Shown in pieces: positions 12,496-26,386 of a stretch of DNA of 64,000 nt. This DNA is from Eledone cirrhosa (lineage: Eukaryota). Where the stretch lies: the NCBI GenBank assembly GCA_964016885.1, contig OZ024741.1:185690001-185754000 (forward strand), read 5' to 3'. Numbering within the stretch: position 1 is the first letter of the stretch; every line of letters starts with the position of its first letter. Under the pieces are notes generated by a model. It ran no database searches. It saw nothing but the letters and a program-made list of their open reading frames with translations, and had not been told where the DNA came from. The position numbers and the translations under genes were made by a program.

Positions 12496-14307
12496 TGTGT
12501 TTGTCTGTGTTTGTCTGTGTTTGGCAACCAGACTATTCTACCTGCTCCAACAAATGTATTTGCACTGGTTGGGCCATTTCAGACGGGAGTATCTCTAAAG
12601 TCTGCTGAATGCAAACTTTTGCGATTGAAAATAACTATGGCGTCTCTATGTTAATCACAAAAATGTCTGCAAGGTTTGCGATAATTTTACTAACATAAGC
12701 GCAGAAACAAGGTGTGACATTTCTAATGATCGCCCGCGCTTGATGCTAAAACTCGACGCAAACTTACGATGAGGCAAAACTATGATTATTTACCGAAGAG
12801 AAAGCTGACTAGACTCCCTCAACCAGCCTCTAAAACATTAGAAAAAGACTGGAAAACGGCGCCGCTAAATATAATCACAACACCGGAGCTCAAAATCTTT
12901 TCCTCTATGCCTCTACATCCAGAATAGACGATGCACTTCCAGAAAGCCCAACGGAGTTTCAGGATACCAAGAGATTATCAAATGACGCACAATATTTGAC
13001 AAAAAGACTGAATCGCATCGGCTGTAGCTGTAGTATTATGTCTGAAGGATCAGATATATGATAATTATATTCCAGCCATGACCATCCCACCTTCTTAGAA
13101 GTAGGTCCATGACCATACACATTGTTCTAGGGTGTGATTTCATGGCGATTTAACAGCTATGTCTACGATGTATCAGATACTAACTAGTGAAGATACCCAG
13201 CTCTGAGAAATAGCACTAAATATTCCATAAACCCAACCCTACCATTTTGAAAACGGACGGATACATTGCATAATGTGATAAATATAACTATACTAAATAT
13301 ACGATTGCTCAAAGCTTACAGAACATTATACAAACAACAACGAGATACTACGTTAGTCAATGACAAAAAGCATTACGTGCTTACTCGTTCAGCTGCAAAT
13401 ATCAGCCAGATTTCTCTTAAATAAAACACTACGTTAGGCCATTTAATTCTGTCATAGATATATATGAAAATGTTGATCGGTTGAACCTGTTGTATTTGTG
13501 AATGTCCTTTTTCATTGTGCATTGCTATCCTTTCAGATTTACTTTTCCGATGTATACCAACACACCGATATCAATAAATTTAGTACCAGTAACATACTTA
13601 AGTGTTTAAACCCAATATATGAACCCAAAATATGAGTCCAATTCATAGACGCTCTAGAAACTTCTTGCCAGCGACGTAATATCTGTACAATTTTTGCAAT
13701 TGCTACAAAAAGCCAAATTTCATTACAACCACTATCTATTCTTTAAAGATAATTAAGGAAACATTACATAGTTCTAGAAATGGGTAGGATCTTTATTTCG
13801 ATGTTATCTACTGAGCTCCCGTGTTCTAGCTTTGCATGCTGGCATAGCACTGATGAGCTGCTCTGCTCCTTAAGTTCTCGCCGGTGTTCCTATAATATCT
13901 CTCCTATACTACAGGCTATCACTTCTATGTATGTCATCGTGTTGTTTCTGCAGTGTCCCTCTGTACATCGTATGCTAGAGGCTACATATTTAGTTTACAC
14001 AGTTAATCTGTGGGCTTATCTTTTCGACTATACAGTTTCTATCAGTAACAAAGCACACCTCGTCAATAACAACACAAACGATAGTACCACACATAACAAC
14101 TTCAACAATTACAACAACAAAATGAGTGAAAGAAACGAACACATGAACAGCGATACCAACAGAACGAACTGGGATGAAGGAACTGGTAAGAAAGGAGGGG
14201 GGAGGGTTAGAAATATGAATTGTACTGTCAACAACGACGACAGTAACATTAGGAATAATAACAACACCGTTAACAACAGAAACAACATCAACAACAATAT
14301 CAATAAT

Positions 14308-14842
14308 AAATGTTTCTACTTTTGGCACAAGGCCAGCAATTACCCAGTGCATTACTGGTACCTTATTTTATCGACCCGGTAAGGATGAAAGGCAAAGTTA
14401 ACATCGGCGAATAATAATAATAATAATAATTGTTTCTACTTTTGGCACATGGCCAGCAATCACCCAGTGCATTACTGGTACTTTATTTTATCGACCCCGT
14501 AAGGATGAAAGGCAAAGTTAACCTCGACGGGATTTGAACTCAGATCATACAGAAGGGTAACTCTATGCTTCAAAGCATGGCGTCCGACCCTCTACCGATA
14601 CTGCCAATCCACCCCTTTTCAAAATCAATAATGGTAACAACAATAATAATAACAATAATTGTTTCTACTTTCGGCGCAAGGCCAGCAATTAAACCAGTGT
14701 ATTACTGGTAAGTTATTTTATCGACCCCATAAGAACGAAAGTCAAAATTAACGTCGGCGGGATTTGAGCTCAGAATGTAAAGGGCCGTAACTCTATGCTG
14801 TAAAGCATGGCGTCCGTCCCTATGCCGATACTGCCAATCCAC
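14308..14842 (-). mobile_element. Three tandem SINE copies (one truncated, two near full length) with (ATT)n tails
   Basis: tgtttctactttt..aggccagcaatt..ttttatcgacccc..aggatgaaaggcaaagttaac repeated three times; B-box gagttcaaatcc on the minus strand. Confidence 0.92.
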
Positions 14843-15253
14843 AATAGTAAAAGCGAGATTACAGCAACAACAACACACACAGTGGCACTGAAAACAAGAC
14901 AATTAAGTAAAGGGACGAAGACACGTTTAGAAACCTATGAACGATATGTTTGCTGATCCCACTGACAATACATACGATATGCATCCCATTTATCCTACAA
15001 ACTTAATAAGAGGATTTCTTTTCCACTAAAAGGATGACCAAACAGAAAAAGAACTCACCATAGTTAGGACATAGAGTGTATGTGACAATTTGTGTATGTG
15101 TGTGTGACTCTATGGGCCTACCCAAGGGTTAAATAATTAGGTGCCAGCCCGGCCAAATGCCATTTTGTTCACTTTACCACTAAAATATTAATGATCGAAG
15201 AATAGATAAAATACGTGTTTCATGATTATACAATATATATATATATATATATA

Positions 15254-16721
15254 TATTAAAATAACAGATTAAAGTTTAAGCAAATAATCGCTGCTTTCTC
15301 CCTTAACGGGATCTTCTGAAACTAAAAAGTCAATCTGTGAACACAGAAGTAAATATTTCAAAAAACTTTGCAACCGAAGGAAGACAGGAAGATGATACTT
15401 CGGTTCGTGGAAACGTTCCCTGGCAAAGAAAGAAAAAAAAAATGAATATAATACGTCATTATTTGGAGCGATACACGCAGACACGTTTATGGTGTAAATG
15501 AAGTCGTGGACTAATATTGTATTAGGTGGTTCAGAGAGACGTTCTCTGGAATTGAACGGAAAAAACGAAGATAATACGTCATTATGTGGTGCGTGAGAAC
15601 AATTACACGCAAAGACAAAACCACGTAAATGGTATAGCTGCAGTCGTAGATTAAAATTCTATTTAGGAAATCCAATGATCCTTAGCTTTAAAGTTAAGAA
15701 GAAAGTAAATAAAATACAGAGGTAATTGAAATTAAATATATACATAGACGCATCCATATACGTACATACACAAGCATACGCGAAAACACTCGTCATGGGT
15801 ATGCAAATAAAAGCACGTACACAAAAAAAACACGCACGCAGATACAGAACCCACACAATGCCTGTACCCACACACATACGAACGTATACACCAAATATAC
15901 ATAAAAATATATATTAAAAAATATATATATATATGTGTGCGTGTGTGTGTGTATACATATAAGTACATAAACGTAAATAAATATAAACACATAAATACTA
16001 TATAACGAGCGCACACACAAACCACCATGTAAATAAAGATGTACGTCAAACAAAACACAAAGTACACATATACACACACCCTACATACGTACGAACCCGC
16101 ATACTCACACAGACGCAAAACTCACGTATACACATAACCAAATGCACATGTACCAGTATATATAATATATACGCCATAACATATACAAGCAAATATACGT
16201 ACGAGAAAGTATACGTACCTTCACAAAACATACAGGTAATATATACTTACCTATACAAATAAGTAATGGTATAACATAACATAACAGCTACCACATCAAG
16301 ACGTAAAATATCCGCGTATAGTTCGTACTATCCGTTAGGGTATAATGTGGGGGTCTAATACAGGGAAGTTTTGTGCAGTCTACGACTGCAGTTATATCCT
16401 TTACGTGGTTTTGTCTGTTTTGTTCTCACCGCTCCACCTAATAGAATATTAGTCTACGGCATCATTTACACGATAAACGTGTCTTTGCGTGTAATTGTTT
16501 TCACCGCTCAAAATAATGACGTATTATCCTCGGTTTTTTTTTCGTTCTTTGCCAGGGAACGTTTCCACGAACCAAAGTATCATCTCTCTGTCTTCCTTCG
16601 GTTGCAATGTTTTTTGAAATATTTACTTCTGTATTCCCAGATTGACTATTTTATTTTCAGAAGATCCCGTTAAGGGTGAAAGTGGCGATTCTTTGCTTAA
16701 ACTTTAATCTGTTATTTTAAT
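15254..16721. mobile_element. Inverted-arm element (~350-400-bp arms) around a low-complexity core, flanked by (TA)n
   Basis: 15254-15650 is the reverse complement of 16377-16721 (e.g. attaaaataacagattaaagtttaagcaaa / tttgcttaaactttaatctgttattttaat), with internal indels. Confidence 0.85.
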
Positions 16722-16843
16722 AAATATTTGCTCTACGGTTCTTATATATTTGATATATATTTATCCTTATCGAGCCGTCTTTGGATTTTAGTCTTCAAAT
16801 TCATTATAATTACTATATATCTTTATATATATATATATCTATA

Positions 16844-16919
<76 letters not shown>

Positions 16920-16991
16920 TGAGGGAGAGAGAGAGAGAGAGAATTAGAGAGAAATGAACAACGATATCAACATATATATATATATATATAT

Positions 16992-17310
16992 ATCTGTTGA
17001 TATCGTTGTTCATTTCTGTGTTCATGTGTTTGACTCAGAGACAGCGAGGCATAATATGTAAGAACATGCTGCCTCGCCTCTGAATCAAAAACACAAACAT
17101 AAACACATTTTTTCTTCTCTGCTTTTTCTTTGCTTGTTTCCTTAAAGTTTACCTATCAGCCGTTGGTATACATCTATTACGGAATTTACAATGAAGATGT
17201 GAAGATGTCACAATGTTCTTACGCAGCCTAGCCACTGAAATGTGCTCAGTGTTTGCAGGAATGAATATTTAAGGAAATTCAACATTTCCGGCCTCCTATA
17301 TTATTTCACT

Positions 17311-17316
<6 letters not shown>
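16992..17316 (+). mobile_element. Non-coding PLE-terminus-like element ('element B'); inverted copy at 22372-22692
   Basis: Reverse complement of 22372-22692. Contains an intron-like segment and a degenerate hammerhead-like motif. Confidence 0.7.
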
Positions 17317-17409
<93 letters not shown>

Positions 17410-17431
17410 AGAACAAAAGATGGTTAAAAGA

Positions 17432-19661
17432 AACCTTCTTCCAAAAGATGCTATATTTAATATGTTTGTCTTTCAAGGACCATATGAGTTCTGAGAGAGC
17501 CGTGTTGGTTCTTTTAAGTTTGTATTTAAAAGACGAATGATGGTTATAAAGACGAGCTTTAAAAGAGGTGGAAGTGGAGCCAAAATAGGTGAAGGAGTTG
17601 GTGTCAGTTATAACTTTACATTCGTAAATTAAGTTTTTATCAAGACAATGGTTGTTGAGAGGACATTTATTTTTAACAGGGCAATTGCAATTGCGATTAG
17701 AGAGATTATTAACGAGTGACCTATTGTTATCTATAGAAGGAATTGGATTGGAGAAGTTATTTGCGATAAGAATAATAGTTTCTTGATTTAGAATGGGATT
17801 AAGAACATTTAGCGAAGTTGTGTTTGACGTTGTATTTGGGTTTGCAGAAATTAGCCTAGGGTTTACAATGACGTCGGGAGTACTATTACTATTATTATGA
17901 TATTCAGTGCTGGAAGGAAGAGATTTAGTATTTAGTATTTTATTGTTGTGTTTAGAGATAATGTTGGAAATGTTGGAGGATGTAGAATAGGAAAATTTTA
18001 TAGTGTGTTTGTTAAATATTTTACTATAGATATGTGAGGGAGGGAAGCATTTATTTAAGGCACTAAAGAATAATTTAGGAATATTGTTATTAATAGAGAT
18101 GGAGAAAGGAGCATTATACCAGATTATGTTTTTGTATCTAGGTCTTTTATTAAAGTTATTGGAATGATCATCATTAATTATTCTGCTGTAAGTTCTTCTA
18201 GAATTTGTTTCTTTACTATATTTGATTTTATCAGGATAGCCGGCTTTAGAAAGCACGTTATTATAGTAATTGACGTTAGCATCAAAGATGTTTTTATTAG
18301 AAGATAGGTTAGATATTCTTTTTCCAATATTACTAACTATAGCATTCTTGATATTAGTAGGATGGTTAGATTTAAAGTTAACATAATTTAGGTTCTCATT
18401 GTTTTTATGGTAAGGGTATTATAGGCCAGTGTCAAGATTAAGAGATACATCCAAGAAATTAGCTAGTTTGATGCTGTTATCAAATTCAATTTTTAGGTTA
18501 TGTTGGTTAAAGAGATTACGTATATTGTTCTTAATAATATTAAGCTTAACTATGTTGCAATTTAAGATAGTAAAGAGTCCATCGTCACGATAAATTCCAC
18601 CGCGAAGTTGAGGAATTTTCCGACTCAAAGAGTTCAAAATAAAGATACCAATTAAATCTGTCAATTGGGATGAATCGGATGCTCCCATTGTGATGTCGAA
18701 GTTGTTAGAGGTATCGGCTCTGGTCCAATATTCGTTGTTGAACTCTAGGATGGTTTTACGTGCGGTGATAATGATGTGAAGTTCATCTGTGGTGATGTCA
18801 GAATATTTAAGTGCGAAAGATAGAGCATTATTGAGAAGTGAAGGCGAAATAGAAGAATAGTAGTTGGCAATATCAAATTGAACACATTTTAGTTTGTTTT
18901 TATTATTCAATTTGTTGAAGCAGCCAATCACTTCAGAAGTACCAAACCATAAATTTAGGTTCAAAGTAGAGCAATTAGAACGAACCTGTGGGATAATTCT
19001 ATCCAAGATGGCTTTACTAACAACCCCCAGATCTGATTTAGAGGGGGCGATTAATCTAACAGGTAGTTCAGTGCGAAAATTGTTTTTGTGATCCTTGAGA
19101 TTTATCCTCGGAGTTCTTGGGAGGAATGGTTCGGTCTTTTTTTCAATGCCAAGTTTTGACATAATCTCAGAGGCTTCAAAGTTAATGTATTCTAAATTAT
19201 CAAGGTTGGTTTTACGATATTTTTTCCTAAGTTCCTTTAGGATAAGGTTGTTATAATTATCATTGGAAATACCATATAAGTTATTGGTTTTGTCAGAGTG
19301 GACTAAAACATTTTTTGAGGAATTTAGGTTTGAAATTGTGTTCTTGGGATTTACAAGGTGCTCTTGTCCTTTGTAAGGGTATCTCTTGAATTTAAGATTT
19401 TTTATAATTTTAGTTAACTCTTCCTCGAATTGCACTAGATTTTTGTTGGAAGGAGGATTTCTTCTAGAATTAAATAGATGATCGAGGAAGTTATGTTCCT
19501 TGGTATAGAAGTTCCCTTTTAGGCGCTGGTCATAGAAATAGGCTATCCATCTAAGTCTTCTTACGAAGGAATCAGTTCTTTTCAATTAGAAGTTTGGGGA
19601 AATCAGATTTACCAGGTATAGGAATGTCTTTAGTTGAATTGGTTATGTTGTAATAATCCAT
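17432..19661 (-). pseudogene. PLE RT-GIY-YIG polyprotein, nearly intact but 3'-truncated
   Basis: ATG at 19661 (MDYYN..KDIPIP), frameshift near 19585, LRWIAYFY, QFDIANYYSSI, MGASDSSQ, GIYRDDGL, NFLDVSL, one in-frame TAA at 18419-18421, SNHP, WYNAPF, CNC..CPL..C, IY..YFG..FKARLYNH; ends at IFWKK. Confidence 0.92.
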
Positions 19662-19871
19662 GTTGTAGGAGAAGAAAGAAGTAAAAGACCATCAAAAGGT
19701 ATCCAATATGAGAGTAAGTGCTCAACCGTTAAGGAGCAAGTTAATGTAGGAGGTGAGTTTTATTGTTGTACAATAAAGCAATGCAGATATCGGATAAGAA
19801 GCACTCTACGGTTTGTAGGACTGGAGTATACATAATATATAAGAACAAAAGATGGTTAAAAGAGTTCCATG

Positions 19872-19941
19872 TATTTTATTATGCGCATTTCAAAAACAAA
19901 TATCATCATGCAATAATATTTGTGTTTCATCAGATAAAACA
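19872..19941 (-). ncRNA. Type I hammerhead ribozyme (family A)
   Basis: GUUUUAU-CUGAUGA-stem II-GAAA-UGCGCA-UA^-AUAAAAU; palindromic mini stem III. Confidence 0.85.
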
Positions 19942-20299
19942 GGAAGACATGATATGAAGGTTAAAAAACACTTGTGGATAGTGCAGTTTTAAATCAACAT
20001 ATGAGAAGTAGGTTTAGATTGATGTGTGATATTGGGAAAAATATTTTATTTTGAGGGCGGTGGGTGGAAAGGATGAAAAAGAGGAGGAGATGAGAGTAAA
20101 AAGTGGAGAGGGAGGAGTATAATGAGGAAGGATGAGATAGGAGGAGAGATCGGTGATAGAGAGAGAGAGATAGCTTTTATAACTGAGAAAGATATATTGT
20201 TTTACATAGAGAGGTTGAAAACCGTTGGAAGATAATGTATAAATTAAAAGAATTTGAAAATTAACGAAGAGAAAAATAATGTAAAGTTAAGGTTTGTAT

Positions 20300-20681
<382 letters not shown>

Positions 20682-20685
20682 TATT

Positions 20686-20725
<40 letters not shown>

Positions 20726-20745
20726 TATTTATATATATATATACA

Positions 20746-20828
<83 letters not shown>

Positions 20829-20848
20829 TATTTATATATATATATACA

Positions 20849-20887
<39 letters not shown>

Positions 20888-21143
20888 TGTATAAATTGAG
20901 TTAGGAACAAAAAATAGTCTCTTACAACAAAATAGCTCTAAGAAAGAGATATTTCTGAGCCGTATATTATAATAGAATATAAAAGAAAAGAGAACAAAGA
21001 TATATAGATATATGTGTTCAAATCGTAAGGGACCTGATTCACTAACGTGAAAAGAATACTAACTATAGACAATTGGGTTCGCTTGTCTCAATTTAAGAAA
21101 AAATTAAGAAAATAATTACAAACCGGAATTGTGGTAACTACCA

Positions 21144-21221
21144 ATCACCCAGACAACTTGTTGTTGTTTCGCAAAGTTAATTGTGAATGGAAATATTAAT
21201 CCAAGCTCATCAGTGGGTGAT
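21144..21221 (-). ncRNA. Type I hammerhead ribozyme (family B), canonical
   Basis: AUCACCCA-CUGAUGA-GC..GC-GAAA-CAAC-AACAA-GUUG-UC^-UGGGUGAU; 8-bp stem I, complete stem III, GUC cleavage triplet. Confidence 0.93.
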
Positions 21222-21663
21222 AAATTAGTATCCTAGACGCATCTTTGTATGCTATATATAAAAAATAAAACAGCGCACATGGCATCCTAACGAGTCTCAC
21301 AAATCCACACCACTAAAAATAGCAGCCAAGTTTACTCCACATTTGAAATAGCTCAACAAATTAACGGAGCCGAATATATTAAATGTATAAATTGAGTTAG
21401 GAACTCAAAATAGTCTCTTACAACAAAATAGCTCTAAGAAGGAGATATTTCTGAGCTGTATATTATAATAGAATATAAAAGAAAAGCGAACACAAATATA
21501 TAGATATATGTGTTTAAATCGTAAGATACCTAATTCGCTAAGATGAAAAGTAAACCTGGCTGCTATTTTTAGTGGTGTGGGTTTGTGAGACTCGTTAGGA
21601 TGCCATGTGCGGTGTTTTATTTTTTATATATATCATACATAGAAGTGTCTTGAATACTAATTT

Positions 21664-21740
21664 ATCACCCACTGATGAGCTTGGATTAATATTTCTATTC
21701 ACAATTAACTTTGCGAAACAACAACAAGTTTCTGGGTGAT
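21664..21740 (+). ncRNA. Type I hammerhead ribozyme (family B), 1-nt deletion in stem III
   Basis: atcaccca CTGATGA gc..gc GAAA caacaacaagtt tc tgggtgat. Confidence 0.8.
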
Positions 21741-22062
21741 TGGTAGTTACCACAATTCCGGTTTGTAATTATTTTCTTAATTTTTTCTTAAATTGAGACA
21801 AGCGAACCCAATTGTCTATAGTTAGTATTCTTTTCACCTTAGCCAATCAGGTCCCTTACGATTTGAACACATATATCTATATATCTTTGTTCGCTCTTCT
21901 TTTATATTCTATTATAATATACGGCTGGGAAATATCTCTTTCTTAGAGATATTTTGTTGTAAGAGACTATTTTGAGTTCCTAACTCAATTTATACATTTA
22001 ATATATATATATATATCTATATATATATATATATCTATATATATATATATATATATATATAT

Positions 22063-22294
22063 GTAGGAGGTGAGTTTTATTGTAGTACAATAAAGCAATG
22101 CAGATATCGGATAAGAAGCACTCTACAGTTTGTAGAGTTTTGATTTAAAACTGCACTATTCACAAGTGTTTTTTAACGCTCATATCATTTCTTCCTATTT
22201 TATCTGATGAAAACACAAATGTTATTGCATGATGATATTTGTTTTTGAAATGCGCATAATAAAATACATGGAACTCTTTTAACCATCTTTTGAT

Positions 22295-22300
<6 letters not shown>
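22063..22300. mobile_element. Short head-to-head PLE pLTR insert in (TA)n
   Basis: 22063-22134 matches 19746-19818 in the same orientation; 22137-22300 is the reverse complement of ~19835-19996. Confidence 0.88.
22196..22266 (+). ncRNA. Type I hammerhead ribozyme (family A)
   Basis: tattttat CTGATGA ..stem II.. GAAA tgcgca TA ataaaata. Confidence 0.85.
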
Positions 22301-22371
<71 letters not shown>

Positions 22372-22378
<7 letters not shown>

Positions 22379-22692
22379 AGTGAAATAATATAGGAGGCCA
22401 GAAATGTTGAATTTCCTTATATATTTATTCCTGCAAACACTGTGCACATTTCAGTGGCCAGTTACGTAAGAACATTGTGACATCTTCAGGTGTAAATTGC
22501 GTAATAGAGATATACCAACGGCTGATAGGTAAACTTTAAGGAAACAAGCAAAGAAAAAGCAGAGAAGAAAAAATGTGTTTATGTTTGTGTTTTTGATTCA
22601 GAGGCGAGGCAGCATGTTCTTACATATTATGCCTCGCTGTATCTGAGTCAAACACATGAACACAGAAATGAACAACGATAAACAACAGATAT
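22372..22692 (-). mobile_element. Element B, inverted copy of 16992-17316
   Basis: Reverse-complement match; minus strand acac CTGAAGA..GAAA tgtgca ca gtgt. Confidence 0.7.
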
Positions 22693-23039
22693 ATATATCT
22701 AGTCCTTCATCAGAAGAAAAAATGAGAAATAAGATAGATTGAGGGGATGGGCGGGTTGTAATTGGAAAAAATGTCTTTAGATAAAAATAACAGGTTCGTT
22801 CATGTTGATCTCTTGCAAAACTGTTGGTGCTGGCGTTTTGTGTATGATTTATTTTTTAGAAAAGTTGATGATTGGAGAGCATCTACCTGAAATGAAAAGA
22901 AAAAAACTTTTGTAAAAAGAGGTATTTTTGTGCAAAAGAAAGGTACACTGCATGACACGTGTACTGGGGCAATTTAGTAGAATAGAACCGAAACTAAAAG
23001 TTTGCTGCGAAAAGAACTTGTCATATTATATCATATTAG

Positions 23040-23832
23040 TGTCGGACGCCATGCTTTCCAGCATAGTTACATCCCTTTACGATCTGAGTTCAAATCCCGC
23101 CGAGGTTGACTTTGCCTTTCATCCTTACGGGGTCGATAAAATAAAGTACCAGTAATGCACTGGGTAATTGCTGGTCTTGTGCCTAAAGTAGAAACAATTT
23201 TATTATATTATATTATCCCGCCAAGGTTGACTTTGCCTTTCATCCTTATGGGGTTGATAGAATAAAGTACCAGTAATGCACTGGATAATTGCTGGCCTTG
23301 TGCCTAAAGTAGAAACAATTATATTATATTATATTATCCCGCCGAGGTTGACATTGCCTTTCATCCTTATGGGGTCGATAGAATAAAGTACCAGTAATGC
23401 ACTGGGTAATTGCTGGCCTTGTGCCTAAAGTCGAAACAATTATATTATATTATATTATATTATATTATATTATATTATATTATATTATATTATATTATAT
23501 TATATTATATTATATTATATTATATTATATTATATTATATTATATTATATTATATTATATTATATTATATTATATTATATTATATTATATTATATTATAT
23601 TATATTATATTATATTATATTATATTATATTATATTACGCCGGTGTATTAGCAGTATCGGTAGAGAGTCGGACACCATGCTTTGGCGCATAGAGTTACGT
23701 CCCTTGGCATTCTGAGTTCAAATCCCGCCGAGGTTAACTTTGCCTGTCATCCTTACGGGCTCGATAAAATAAAGTACCAGTAATGCACTGGGATAATTGC
23801 TGGCTGGCCTTGTGCCAAAAGTAGAAACAATT
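23040..23832 (+). mobile_element. Four stacked SINE copies with (TATAT)n tails, including a ~200-bp (TATAT)n array
   Basis: SINE core repeated four times; last copy flanked by tatattatattacgccg on both sides. Confidence 0.92.
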
Positions 23833-24072
23833 ATATTATATTACGCCGCATTATCGTCTATTACAGGTATATTATAGTTATAAATCTGAGCAAATTTTAA
23901 TTCGGGTACCTTAAATTAAATTTCAATTTTAAATATCACTGAAATTTTAATTGTTTTTCAATATTTTCTTGATTATGATATTGTTAAGATTTGTTTGATA
24001 AACTCTAGTTTACTACACTGTCAAATTGGGAGAATGTCCACGATATTAAGAGGAGAAATAAAGCACAGAATT

Positions 24073-24109
<37 letters not shown>

Positions 24110-24135
24110 AACACACACACACACACAAACACATA

Positions 24136-24221
<86 letters not shown>

Positions 24222-24293
24222 GTCGTCAAGTATGAAATTTGTAGAAATTTCTAGAAAAGAAATCAATTTCTACAAATTCCATACGTAATGACC

Positions 24294-24372
<79 letters not shown>

Positions 24373-24799
24373 AAAAAATAATTTATCGTCAATTGAAACG
24401 AATTTATTATTGATTAAATTGCAATATTTCTTCTTCAAACAATAAAATTTGAAATAATTCAATATCAAATTTAAATAGAATTTCGTAATTGTAAAATGGT
24501 ATGATTGATTTTGGTGAACGTCTAACCACTCACCGCTGTGTATATTAGAGAAAAAATTCCGATATTGCAATTTATTCGAATTGTAGTTGAATCTAATGAA
24601 CACAGACAAACATTAGAATCTCTACGTGGTAATAGTCAAATCTGTCACAACGTTCGCACAAACACCGCAGACATACGAGATATTAACAAAGATAGTTCCG
24701 ATTTCTACCGAGATGTCACGTTTGTAATCATATATACAAAAGCATTTTCAATATATGCAGTGTGGGACTAAGATCCTGATTGAAATATGTCGTGTTTCA

Positions 24800-25368
24800 G
24801 CTGCCAACTCGTTTTCGAGTACGGCCACTACTTTATATCCATGTAAGAGAACCCCTACCGATACGCTGAACGAGTGTGACTTTTTAGTCCAGCCAGCGAC
24901 TTGAAAACTCTGGTACAAACACTACACTTGTGACAATTATTGACACATAGTGCTGGGCCCATGGTACCATGTGACGACAAGTGCAGAAAGATCTCCAGAT
25001 ACAAAGCAATGCCTTGAAGCTTTTATAGTGAGCAAAGGCACTGCACAAAGACAGTCCCTCTCTCTTAACCAAAATGCTATTTACCAAAAAGAAGAACAAG
25101 TCAATATCATTGGATACCATCAGGGTTGCAGGTGTTATATCAGAGTTTTCCTTCTCCTAGAATTCTGCCTTGACAAATTTTGGATGGCCATTGACTCTTA
25201 AGAGCTCCTTTGCCCTTTGACAGGTTTTGTTTTTAGTCCTGCAGGATGTCCAAAGTCACCCTCCTCACCAAGAAACCTTGGTGGGGTTGCCAGTTTAGTC
25301 GCCAACGACCCGACCATGAGACAGGTTGTACTGGGATACATGTTACCAGTAGCACCAACTGGTGACCT

Positions 25369-25374
<6 letters not shown>
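24800..25374 (-). mobile_element. ~575-bp interspersed repeat, copy 2
   Basis: Highly similar to 10305-10904 with the same endpoints. Confidence 0.6.
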
Positions 25375-25440
<66 letters not shown>

Positions 25441-25639
25441 TAGATAGATATATATAATAATACTATTTATATTTATGTATATACTATAAACAACTATAAA
25501 AAGGAAGGGTCAGCAATTTCTACCACCTTATTACCAGTAAGAGAAATAGCTCAATGTAAGAACATCAGTTGTTTTACAGAGCAGTAAAATAAAATTAATA
25601 ATAAAATTAGACAATTATCAAAGTTGTATTCAAATCATT

Positions 25640-25693
25640 TAATAGCTGACAATCGTTTCTTCCAAATTTTTGTTTGGTATCATCGGAGCATTA
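25640..25693 (-). ncRNA. Type I hammerhead (family C, CCGAUGA core variant)
   Basis: UAAUGCU-CCGAUGA-UACCAAA..UUUGGAA-GAAA-CGAUUG-UC^-AGCUAUUA. Confidence 0.7.
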
Positions 25694-25950
25694 TCATTGT
25701 TTGTACATATAATTAACCTCTTATTCAACTGAACAGTCATATAGATACATATATATATATTGATGTTGTGAGAAACAGTTTCGTATTTATAGGTAAACTT
25801 AGTACCTGTAAACCACAGTAGTAATAATAGTAATAATGATAATAGCACTAATGAAATCAATAACAATAGGAATGACAACCATCATTACCCTAATGCTATC
25901 CCTAGCAATCAGACTCCTACATAACATAGTAACCGGCAAGCATTCATCCT

Positions 25951-26386
25951 GAATAGATGTAACTGTAGAACTAATAGAAATTGCCCCTTAGGTAATAATT
26001 GCTTAACCAAAGACATCATCTACTCATGCACTGTCAATGCAAACAACTATTCTAAAACATATATTGGCTCTACTTCGAACTGCTTCAAGACGAGATACAA
26101 CTTGCATCTCCACTCTTTCAAAAACCACAATCTAGCCAACTCCACTTCTTTATCTAGCTACGTAGACTCTCTGAAATCTAGGAATAGACCATTTACACTT
26201 CAATGGGAAGTAGTAGGTAGGGCCACATCGTATAAACCACCGAATAAATTGTGTAATCTCTGTCTTCTAGAGACCCGTACCATAATCCTTTCGAAACTAG
26301 ACCTCCTAAATAGAAAGTCAGAGATATTTTCTTCATGCCAGCACCACTACAGACACGCATTCCATAAATTTAAACCTATCTGCTAG
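25951..26386 (+). pseudogene. Naiad GIY-YIG endonuclease fragment
   Basis: CNCRTNRNCPLGNNCL..IIY..YIGSTSNCFKTRYNLH..W..CNLCLLE..LLNRKSEIFSSCQH. Confidence 0.9.

Larger units (their letters stand above)
20882..22002. mobile_element. Non-coding PLE-derived insert: two minus-strand copies plus one plus-strand copy, head-to-head in (TA)n
   Basis: 20882-21050 repeated directly at ~21376-21550; 21556-22002 is the reverse complement of 20882-21329. Confidence 0.88.

Noticed and set aside
13780-14382. 200-aa ORF
   Set aside because: Made of AAC-rich low-complexity sequence plus antisense SINE; no domain.
18419-18421. In-frame stop in the Naiad ORF as possible selenocysteine (reported for some Naiads)
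   Set aside because: The stop is TAA at a Tyr-like position, not TGA; Cys motifs in the GIY-YIG fragments are ordinary Cys.
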